Source: Phaeosaccion multiseriatum
Lineage: Eukaryota > Protista > Ochrophyta, other classes
Assembly: GCA_965112735.1 (NCBI GenBank)
Contig: OZ218952.1
Span: 3,596,001 to 3,660,000 of the forward strand
Length of the DNA: 64,000 bases
Reading direction: 5' to 3'
The notes beneath the pieces were generated by a model that saw only the letters and a list, made by a program, of their open reading frames with translations, was not told where the DNA came from and did no database searches. Every line of letters starts with the position of its first letter. Within the stretch, counting starts at the first letter, position 1. The position numbers and the translations under genes were made by a program. Of the stretch, positions 46,417 through 57,014 are shown piece by piece.

Positions 46417-49362
46417 TATCACCAATTGCTGCTGCTGCTGTATGAACATGTCCTTCTCCTGCCGTCCCTGAGGCTCCCAGGTGCTGCTGCTGCTGCTGCT
46501 GCTGCTGTATCGCTAATTGCTTGTCTCGCTTGTGCCTGCGGTACGCGGCTTCAATGTCCTCCTCCGAGGCCGCCGTCGTCGAAGCTCCTGCGGTATCACC
46601 AACTGCTCCTGCTGGATCACCAACTGCTGCTCTTGCCGCTGCTGCTACTGCGGCTGAAGTTGCTGCTACAGTGGCCCGAGAGACGGCTTGCGCCTTCCTT
46701 TCCATCCGCCGGAGAATGACGTCATCATCATCATCATCATCATCACGATCATGGTCATCGACATCTCCGTCGGCGGGTACATATTCCTCGCTGGAGGCCG
46801 CAAAGTCACTGCCATAGTCCTCCTCCTCTTCCTCCTCCTCCTTCTTCTCATAAGCGCCTGCATAGATATCTCCTTCCCCTCCTCCTGCTCCTCCTGCTCC
46901 TCCTGCTCCTCCTCCTCCTCCTGCTGCTGCTCCTCCGTCTCGTCCTCCTCCTCCCACGTAGCCTCCCAGTCCATCGAAGAGGTCCAGAGCAGATCGGGCA
47001 GCCTTCAGCCCATGCGAGGCTGCATCGACGCTCGAGAAGGACGGAGAGAGCAGAGAATGCTCCTCACGGCCCTCCTGCTGCTGCTGTATCATCAATTGTT
47101 CGCCGGTTTCGTTACCTCCGTCTGCATCTGCCTCCTCGGGGTCGTCAAACTCATCTTCGGAGTAGTGATCGTTGTCCACTTCGTCTGCTGCTGCTGGATC
47201 ACCAACTCCTGCAGGGACCGAAGCCGATACCGCAGAGGAGTGTCGGCTGCTTCCGCTATCGCTGCCTTGCTGGTTGGTGCTACGGCGACGCTGTTTGTGA
47301 TGCGTCTTGTCTCCTACCACCTGGCGGGGGCGCTGGTGCTGTATTACCAACTGCTGCTGCTGCTGCGGCTGCCGCTCCCCATTCCTCCTCCTCCTCCTCC
47401 TCCTCAGGGAGCATCCCTCTCCCCCAGACGTTGACGAGCCCCCACCAACCTCCGCAGAAACTGCACCTCCTGCGTCGGAAATTCCTCCACTTACATCCCC
47501 ACCGACGCGAAGGGCCATGGGGGAGCTGGAACTGCGCTCGCTGGAACCGAGAAACTTCCCCCGAATCCGCTCTCCTTTCCCCCGAATCCGCTCGGCCCCT
47601 CTTGTGGCGGCTTCCTCCCCCACGTCTCGGTCGTAGTGGTGGGGGAGCTGAGGAAGGGATTGCCTTCGCTTGGCCTTCACACGCCGCCGATTCACTCCTC
47701 CTACGACGCCCATCTGTATGCGACATACACACACAAAAGAATGAATGAATGGTTGCAGCAGAGATGGAGGAACGAGGACATACAAATGAGGCCGTTGTGG
47801 TTCTTGAACCCCTCCTCAGATGGCACCAGAGGGTGTTTATAATAATGAACCCCACATATCGACTCCATTTGTGGTATTCCTTCTTCCTAAGGTCACATAA
47901 ACTGAAATTTAGTGAAAAAAAACGACGACAATTACGCCGGAATATGATTAAGTAGGGAGGGGGGAGGGAGGGTAGGGTGGAGGTGGAAGGTCGAGAGAAC
48001 CACCTCAGGTCCGTCTCTGTCTCTCCTCTTCTCTCTCCGTCTGCCCACACACCTGTTGCCCGTGGTGCTTCCTCCCTGGCCAGGGCCGTAGTTCTTGCTC
48101 CTGCTGCTGAAGCACCAACTGGTGCCCCTGCCCGTCGTGCCCCCCTCCCCCCCTGACGGGCTCCAATGGGTGCCCCTGCAGCCTCCGTGTGATGTCAGGA
48201 GGGTAGTCCATACCTCCTCCGAACACGCCTGCCTGGTGATGCTGGTGTTGGTGATCCATACCTCCTCCGAACACGCCTGCCTGGTGATGCTGGTGTTGGT
48301 GTTTGTGGCCTGCTGCCGCCTCTTCTTCGCCCCCTCCTCGCTCCATGGCCAAGAGTCTCTGCTGCTGCATAAGAAGTGCCTGCGTGAGTTGCTGCTGATG
48401 TCGCTCGGCGGGGTCCGAGCCTACGGAGAGGATCAGAGACAGGAGCGGGTAGTCAGCGAAGGTGAGGAGGCGGGCCGACAAGCAAAAGGGTGTGGAGGCG
48501 GGGTGGGCAAGCTTTCCCACAGCGCCAAGAGGCGACGATCAACGGCACTCATGAAACGGTCAGTACGGACTGCTAGGTGTTGGTTTGCTTGAGAATCACG
48601 GCAACGACGACGACAGAGGAGAGGGTGAGAGGCCAAATCCTCCCTGTTCCTTTTCCCTTTGACTCACCATTGCTGAGCCCACTTGGGTGTCCGTCGCGGT
48701 GCCCAACTTTGCCTACCAGTCCACTGGAAAAGCTGTCAACTCTTCGACGCAGGACAGTCTTCCTTTGGCCAATGGGCAGGAGAGGAGCGTTACTGTCCTT
48801 TGGCCCCACTCCTCCTGGCGGTTCAGCTGAAGGGTTGGGGTCTACCCAAGGAGGCTGCTCGAAGCTTTTTTTCCTCCTGTGGCCTTGTTTACCCTGCGGT
48901 GGCACCAGCAGCTGCGGGTGGTGTTGGGTGTCGTGCTGCTGAGACTGCAGCTGCGACTCCTGCGGTTGAACATATTGATGATGGTGGCTGTGGTGCTCAT
49001 TGGCACGCACGTGGGGGCGCAGGGGATGCGGTGGCGGAGGAGGGTGGTGCAGCGCCAAAGCGCCTCTACTGCCGATCACCCCGCCGCCCGCGAGCTGGTG
49101 CATCCCGCCGCTACCACTGAAAGGCGCAGCCTCCTCCATTCGCGCCTGCAGCTGCTCCTGGTGGTGGTACTGCACCAGTCTCTCCCCTCCTCCACTGCCG
49201 CTGCTCTTCTTCTTCTTGAGGCTCTTGCCGTCTCCCAAGGTGACCACGCCTTTGACCTTGTGTAAGCGCGCCAGTCTCCTGCTCTCCGCCTTTTTGAAGA
49301 GCGGGTCGGCGGCCATTTTCTCGCTGTTGGATCGCTTTGTCGGAGCATAGCTCCCCAGCATC
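41867..49362 (-). CDS. Very large (>2200 aa) low-complexity, largely disordered protein of unknown function
   Basis: Exons ~49362-48668, 48420-48053, a possible small exon ~47903-47856, and a 5.85-kb terminal exon 47713-41867 with no stops. PolyA/Q/E/G tracts; ends YASDFEE. Confidence 0.7.
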
Positions 49363-49901
49363 TTGCCCCTTCTTCTCGCTCTCAGAGCGTAGAGGGCCCT
49401 CTCTACTTCCTTGCACAAGTAAGACAGAGGGGGAAATGCGGAATTTGTACAGCTTAGAGAGAGAGGAGGGGCGAGAGAAGGTAGAGAGAGAGAGAGAGAT
49501 GGTTGATCAATCAGCCAAGCTGTTGAACTTAGAGAGACAAGAAGGAGGGGAGAGAGGAGGGCGAGCAAGATTTGGTGATAAGCGATATCGATAAGCCGTT
49601 GAAGCCCAAAAAGTCGATGGGATCGACATGAAAAATCGACCCCTCTCTTCCCTTCCTCCTTCCTGATATCCCTTCCTTCTCTCCTTCTCCTCCTCTTTTA
49701 TCTTTTCTCTCCACTTAAACCCCCTTCTTTCACTCGTGGAAGGAGATGTGAGGTAGCCAGAGGCCAGGATACTATGAAGGCGAAGAGGGGAAGGCCCGAC
49801 GAGGGGAAAATGCTAACGGACTGAGTGCTCAGAGGTCGCCAGACCCAGGACGTTGTTTCCTCGAGGAAGAGCAGAGAACCAGTGCCCGAGAGACAGGAGA
49901 T

Positions 49902-50780
49902 ATGGACGAACAAGAAGGAGGTCGAGCAGCAGCAGCGGGGGCGAAGAAGCGAGCGAAGAAGAGCGCAGGCTTGAGCAAATATTACTTCTGCTACCTGCTC
50001 CGGGCAAGGACCCACAACGCGAACTACATTGGCTTCACCGTCCACCCAAAGCGGCGGATACGACAACACAATGGGGAGATCAAGGGAGGGGCGTTCAGGA
50101 CGCGAAAGTATAGACCTTGGGACTTCCTTGCGGTGGTCAAGGGCTTCCCTACCAAGGTGAGAAGCAAGGTCGTACGAAGCGCTTGCTGTGGAGTCGCAAC
50201 CTTGTACAGGGAAGATCTAACCCCCCCCTCTCTCTCTCTCGCTCTCGCTCTCCCTTGTAGAAATCGGCCTTGAGCTTCGAGTGGTACTGGCAACACGCCT
50301 GGAAATATGGCCTTATCAAGGTGAGGAGAGAGACAAGATGAAATACCAGATAAGGATGGAGTTGTTGACGGCGCTCTCTCTCTTCCCCCCCCTTCCCTGT
50401 TTCATAGAACGTGGCCGACCTAAAGGGCGTGAAGCGAGGCTCACGAGGTGACGCCAGTAAGCTAAGTGTGATGAAGGCCATGCTCTGCGTGCAGCCATGG
50501 ACCGACTACGGTCTCGGAGTGCACTTCCTGAGCGAGGAGGGGAGGAAGAAGTTCGACAAGGTTACGCTGCCGCCGCACCAAGTGTTCCAGCCAGGCGCTC
50601 TCGACATGTAAGTCGACCCCCGACTGCACGCACCAGTTGGTGATACAGCAGCAACTGCAGCACAAGCAGCAACGATGTATAAATATACCATGATGGGCAG
50701 CAAAAAAGAGGCCTGCCAGAGCCGCTGAACGCGCTGGCTTACTCAAAAACAGTATGATGACCTTCTTAGCACCCGCACGG

Positions 50781-50820
<40 letters not shown>

Positions 50821-52516
50821 CTCCTCCTCCTCTCTCTCTCTCTCCGTCTCTCCCTTACCAGCCCCCCCCTTCCCCCTCTTCTCATTGTCCTTCCTCTGCT
50901 CTATCTCTGTCTTGTATCTCAGGCTCTCTCTGAACATTAGCACTGGCCCGCTTGATGGCCTGCCCATGTACAACGCCGGCAGTCGCTGGCTCGATGACAT
51001 GCTCAGTGACAGCGACGAGGACGATGAAGGGGAAAGAGACGGTGCTTTTGACGACGGGGAAGAGGGGGAACAGGAGGAGGAGGAGGAGGAGGAGGGGGAG
51101 GAGGGGGGGGGAGGCAACGATGGCGAATGTGAAGGAGGGGACCAGAGCAAGGGACGGAGGAGGAGAGGCAGGGCGGAGGGTCAGGACTCTCTCCGTGGAG
51201 CCGGGTATGGCGATGTGGGTGAGTGCAGATGTGCAGTGTGCGAAGAGCTGCTTTGTGTGGCGACGGAGGCAGAGGCAGCAGTGGAGGAGCGCCTTGTCAC
51301 GTGGTGTCACAACTGCAAACAGCGAAGCCACCTCTCCTGCTTAGCCAAGAGGTGAGGCGGGGCGCGGGCGGGGGGGGAGGGAGGGAGGGAGGGGAGGGAG
51401 AGGACGGGCGACATATCCCCACTTTCTTTACTTTCTCTTGTTTCTGAATTAGCACAAACAACACGGAACGGGGCGAGACGCTCGATGCTCCTAAGAAAGA
51501 AGAGCGACTGTCTTGTGTGCGCCCCTCCCCCTCCCCCTCACTCCTACACGTTTCGTTCTACCCACACGCGCAGCTCTCAACTCCGCCGCGCACCCAGTCC
51601 ACCCGCTTCCTCCCTCACACTCGTCACACTCACTCCTTTTTCAATTTCATTTTGACATCCACGCACGCACGCACGCACCACCGCCCTGCCCCGCCCCCCC
51701 CCCCCCTCCCCCCTTGTGTGTGTGTGGCCTGCCCGCAGATACCTCTTGGTGGAGCAAGACGCGCAAGGGTCCGGCGGGCTACTTCGCGCGACTCCCCAGG
51801 GGGGCAGCTGCTTGAACACTGGAGATTGCGGGCTTTGGAACGCGTGGTCTTATCTTGTCGAGCGAGCCATCCCTGCGCCCGTCTATGCTGGAGGAATGAG
51901 AGGAGGAGGAGGAGGAGGAGGAGGAGGAGGAGGAGGAGGAGGAGGAGGAGGAGGAGGAGGAGGCGTGTTGTTGGCGGGGCTGTCCGAGGCCGATTGGGCC
52001 AAGCTGGAAGAAGAAGCGGGAGAGGAGGGGGGAGAGGAGCTACCACCGGCGGTGGAGGAGGAGCGCGTCACTCCCGACAAGGGGTTATGTGCGTCGAGCG
52101 GTGGTGGTGCTTCCTTGAGAAGGACAGAGAGCTTGACAACGACGCCCGAGACCATCGACATCGTCAGCAGCGACGACGACGACGAGGAGGAGGAGGAGGA
52201 GGAGGAGGAGGAGGAGGAGGAGGAGGAGGAACGGTGCTCAAGTGTCTGCTGCGATGCTTCACCTCGTGCTCGTACACGCTTACGGCACGGCAAGGAGGGC
52301 TTTCACATCTGCGGAATTGTGGATGACCGACGAAGGAAGCAGCAGCAGCAGCAGCAGCAGCAGCTGCAGCAGCTGCCGCCGCCACTGGAGGAGATTGGAG
52401 ACGAGGAGGAGGTGATGGACTTGACCCAAGGCGCGGAAGAGATGGAGCGATCAGAGCCCGGCGGCCCCTGCATGGGGCACTCCGCAAGTCCTTACGAGGT
52501 GTCGGACGAAGACTGA
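49902..52516 (+). CDS. SLX1: Structure-specific endonuclease subunit SLX1 (GIY-YIG + RING-like)
   Basis: Exons 49902-50156, 50261-50320, 50408-50607, 50923-51351 and 51739-52516. Motifs: CYLL..YIGFTVHPKRRIRQHNGEIKGGA.RT..RPW, ALSFEWYWQH, CAVC..CHNC..SHLSCLA..P..GSC..C..W. Confidence 0.93.
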
Positions 52517-52583
52517 TTGATTGATTGATCGATCGATCGGAGTATGGCATACTTCCTCCTTCCTCTGCTCCTACAATGTACAG

Positions 52584-52817
52584 CTCTATGATTTCGACAT
52601 TGGGGCGGACGTCGCCACCCTCCTGAGCAACGTTCCCAAGACGGTCAACCGGGTCAAGGGGGCGTCCTCGCTGCTGCCGGTGGCGGAGCTGGGGGGCCAC
52701 ACTGCGAGCGTCAACGCGGTGGCGTGGGCGCCGCACTCGTCGTGTCGTGTGTGCACGGCGGGAGAGGACAGTCAGGCGCTCATCTGGGATCTCAGCTCCG
52801 TGCCAAAACCCGTGGAG
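52584..52817 (+). pseudogene. Orphan exon: C-terminal WD40 repeat of the DCAF7/HAN11/TTG1 family, fused to unrelated coding-like sequence
   Basis: [42 protein letters not shown] is flanked by cag| and |gta. No other DCAF7 exons were seen in the window. Confidence 0.75.
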
Positions 52818-53656
52818 GTACGAGGGAGACCTTATCATTGCCTTATTACACGGCTTTTTTCCGGGGAACCTGGAACCTATTATAAGAGTAAAACCTGGAT
52901 GAACGGACAGCTAATCGGTTTTGCTGCTAACTCTGAAGGATACAGGTTGTTTGAGGTTCCGATGGCTTTATTGTGCCTCCCTTACCTATGGCTACTCTGG
53001 ACGCTGAGCAGAAATTCACACGCACCTCTGGAAAGTGGAAAAAGGGGGGGGGGGGGGCGAGGGGGGGGCCATTTTCCCAGCGGACAGACACCCAATTCCC
53101 TTACGTGCCGTACTTATATAAGGATGTGACGTACTTACGTAAGTATGCGACGCACTTACGTAAGCTTCTAAAAGTAATATCTTTTCCCATTTCTCTGATT
53201 CTATGATCCCTTAGTAACTTACTCCCGACTTCTAAAGGTGGCAATGTGTTCGTAAGAGGCAGGGCCAAGACAGGGAGGCAAGTACGGCGCCAGTAGTGGC
53301 TAAAGAAGAAAAAGGGGGGGGGGGGTAGGGGGGGGGTAGGCCCTGTCCGCAAAACGGGTGTGTCCGCCCATCCAGGTTTTACTCTTACGGCTTTTTTCAG
53401 AACCTGGAACCTGGCCGGCTGGCGCCGGCCAGAACCTGGAACCCAGAACCTTGTCAGGGGCCGACTGCTGATGCTCACACTGGCTCTCAGACGGATCGAC
53501 TTGCTTGTCGTGACGGTAGTGGGAGGAAGAGGAGCAGGGATGATGCCATGGTCGTCATGAAGCAGCCGGATTGCAGTGGTAAGATGCAAGACCCCGCCCC
53601 ACAGTAGCGGCAAGGCAAGAGTACCCTGAGCAGTCTTTGCATCACAGGAGACTTCA

Positions 53657-53945
53657 TACTTTTACTTTTTTAACACTCGATTTGCGTGTAAAAAGAATCG
53701 CCCAAATCGGCCGTTTTTGAGAGATCGGGCGGCAACGGGGAGTGCTCTTGCAGAAATGCTGACAAGTAGGGAAGGGAAAAAGCGAAAGAAAGAAAGGGAT
53801 TGAGAGGCATCTCAAAGAGCTACACGAAGAGCTATAGCGGTGGTTCTCCCACCGACATTTTGCTGAGCTCTCCCAAAACTCGAAAAGTTGAAAGTTGAAA
53901 ATCGAGCGATTCTTCGGCAAATCGAGTGTTAAAAAAAACATTGTA
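53657..53945. mobile_element. MITE, ~290 bp, AT-rich, possible TA target duplication
   Basis: Perfect 20-bp inverted repeat TTTTTTAACACTCGATTTGC (53666-53685) / GCAAATCGAGTGTTAAAAAA (53917-53936), plus inner AAGAATCGC/GCGATTCTT. TA at 53657 and 53944. Confidence 0.65.
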
Positions 53946-54406
53946 GGGAAATGGCATTCAAAGACCTCCACCAGCACAAAGCTGTCGACCTTAACGTCAC
54001 AAACTCCCCTTCTGTCTCCAACAGCCCCGTTTTATACACTCCTTCGCTGCTGTCTCCTGCCCGCTGCCGCTGCTGCTCATCACTCTACCACTGCCCAACC
54101 ACATGCGTGTATGTGATGTGAGTTGCAAGTCAACTTTGGCATCGATCGGAACCCTCTATCCTCCGCTCCTTACGCGAGACATTCACGCAGCGAAAGTCCG
54201 ACCACGAATGCACCAGACGCCTTGCCCCTGCGGATGGCTGCTGCAGTTGCCCCTCTCCCTGCAGGGGAAGGAAAGAGCGAAGACCTCTGCCCCCTCCTTG
54301 CAGGGAAAGCACCACAAACACAAACACGAAAGGGGGCGGGCCTCCTTCCCCCTCTCCTCTCCTCTCTCCCTTGGTCCCTCGGTCCCTTGGTCCCTCGGTC
54401 GCGTCC

Positions 54407-54520
54407 TTAGTACTCTTCTGCCTCGGTCGAATCGGCGTTGATGGTGAGGTCAAGCTTGTCTCCTGTGAGACGCTCGTAAAGCGAGAGGATGTCCTCCGAA
54501 GTTGTCTCAAAGTGGCTGGG

Positions 54521-54560
<40 letters not shown>

Positions 54561-55231
54561 CAGGGCGAGAGAGAGAGAAGAGAGAGAGGAAGGGAGGGAG
54601 GGGGGGGGGGGAGAGTAGAGACAGAAAGAGAGAGGGAGGAGGAAGAAACACGCGTCAAAAGGAAGGCGAGGGACACTTGGGCAGCTCAATCTCGTCTAAT
54701 AGCTTGTCGCATTTCGCCTCTTCCCTCCGCTGCCATCTACCCTCTGCTGCCATCTACCCTCACCTGGTGGCGTCGTAGGACTTGCTGATGAAGCAGCGGT
54801 CGGAGGTGCCGTCCTGCACTGGCTCCAACACGTCCGACACAGCATCAAAGCGCTCCAGCACGGGGCCCATGATCTGTGCAGGCAGACAAGAGGCACATGG
54901 GAATACGGGCATATGGACAGACAGAGGCACATGGAGCAGACAGGGGCATACGGTTCAGAGGTCCTCTCCTTTCCTTCTTGTTCAACGAAGCTTCAACTTC
55001 TGATTTGTGGCGTACCTCAAAGGCGGCGGCGAGCTCCCGAACGGGGTCGTTGGTCTCGACTGTCGTGGAGGCGATGACAATGTACTTGCCCTTGGAGGAC
55101 ACGCAATGGCTGTTGGACACCATGCACACGTAGATGTCATGGTGCCTACCAACCTGTGAGTTTTGGAGAGGGAGAAGAGGTGGGGAGGGGAGAGGTGTGA
55201 CCGGCCACATGAGAGGATTGGGGGCGGACAT

Positions 55232-55288
<57 letters not shown>

Positions 55289-56966
55289 AACACAAAGAAG
55301 GGGGAGGGGTGGGTGGGAGGAGGAGGAGGAGGAAGGAGGGTGGGGGGGCTCAGCACTTGGAGCTTGGAACCATCACTTCCTCTTTACACGTCAAGTTTCT
55401 TTCACTTCGCTCCACCTCCCAAAAGAGGGACCAGGGGTGGATGTGAAAGACAGGGTGAATGTGACAGGATGGCCAGAGATGGATGTGGCGGCCATCTGCA
55501 TGAGGAACCTTTCGTTGGGCTCCACCTCCCTCACGCAAGGTTCTCTCGTCTCCGCTCCACCTCCCTTGGGCTCCTCTCCCTCCCGTCTCGCCAAAACGCC
55601 CCCTGTCTCTTGTGGGGGGCTTCGTGTGCACTGTGGACTGGCTGTGGACTGACTGTGGACTGACTGTGGGGATTGGCTGTGGACTGACTGTGGACTGGCT
55701 GTGGACTGACTGTTACTGTCGTACCTGTCGGCCTGGGATGATGACCTGGGTGGACTCGGCGTTGTTGGTGCTCTGCAGCGGGTGGTCGGTGATGCAGATT
55801 GATCGCACCACCTTGCCTGTGACGCGAACCTGCAGCAGTTGGCGACACCGGAGAAGGAGAAGAGGAAGGAGGAGGAGGAGGAGGAGGAGGAGGAGGAGGA
55901 GGAGGAGGAGGAGGAGGAGGAGGAGGAGGAGGAGGAGGAGGAGGAGAAAGCGGATAGAGGGTGAGGCTTGGTTGGTGCAAGCACTCGGGGCCCAACCCAA
56001 GGCCAAGCTACGTTGTTGTTGCTGTATCTCCAACGGCTGTAGCTGGCTGCGTATATCACCTACTGCCCCTGCTCTCCGCTCCGTCTCTCTTCCTCTCTTC
56101 TCTCCCCCCTCCCCCCCCCCTCTCTCTCTCTCTTCCCTCTCTCTCTCTCTCTCCCTCCCTCGCTTCCTCACCTTGTCGGCAGGGAAGTAGGAGGGGTCTC
56201 CAATGATCATCTTCCCCTTGGCCACACTCGTCACTCCATCAAGAGTGGCCTTGATACCCCACGCTACGCCCTTGTCGTCGAACAGGATCTCCTGAGGAGG
56301 GGTGAGTGAGTGAGTGAGGGAGTGATGAGTGAGCGAGTGAGTGAGTGAGTGAGGGAGTGAGAGTGAGTGAGGGAGGGAGGGAGGGAGGGAGCGAATGTGA
56401 TGAGCGCGAAGAAACAGAAGAAGCGTGGGTGCGCGCGTGGTTGGTGGGAGGTGGACTGAACACCCTTCGCACAAACTGTCTGTCTGTTTGTCCGCCCTAC
56501 ACTCGACTCATTCCGTGGGGAGGTCCTGATCTGCTGTGCTTTTGCTTCCCTGCTCCATGTCGCCAGCCGCACCCACCCCTCCTCTCTTTCACTCCCACAA
56601 CCAACTACCCCCCCCCCCCCCTCCGTCCTCCGTTTTCACTGCCATTCACTGCTATCCCTCACCTCTACGGGGCACTGGAGCATGAAGGTTCCACCGTGGA
56701 TGGCGCACAGCCTGCTGAACCCCTCGGGCAGCCCCCCCAGGCCATACATGGGGTAAATGTAGGGCGACTTTCCATATCGCTGCAGTGAGTAGCAGTACAG
56801 CTGAATGTTTTCAACTGGCACAGCACCACCCCAATTCCGACGAGAAGGAACAGGTTTCCCAGACCAGTGTGAAGAAGAGGGTTTCGTTCCCAGATGAGAG
56901 GGAGAGAGAAAGAAAGGGGGGAGAGGAAGTGGGAGAGAGAGTGCGAGGGAGAGAGAGGAAGAGAGT

Positions 56967-57014
<48 letters not shown>

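Noticed and set aside
42496-47434. Plus-strand ORFs overlapping the giant exon
   Set aside because: They are antisense shadows of GC-rich triplet-repeat coding sequence with no domain signal.
49902-50156. GIY-YIG homing endonuclease or Penelope element
   Set aside because: The motifs and downstream RING exons identify ordinary SLX1.
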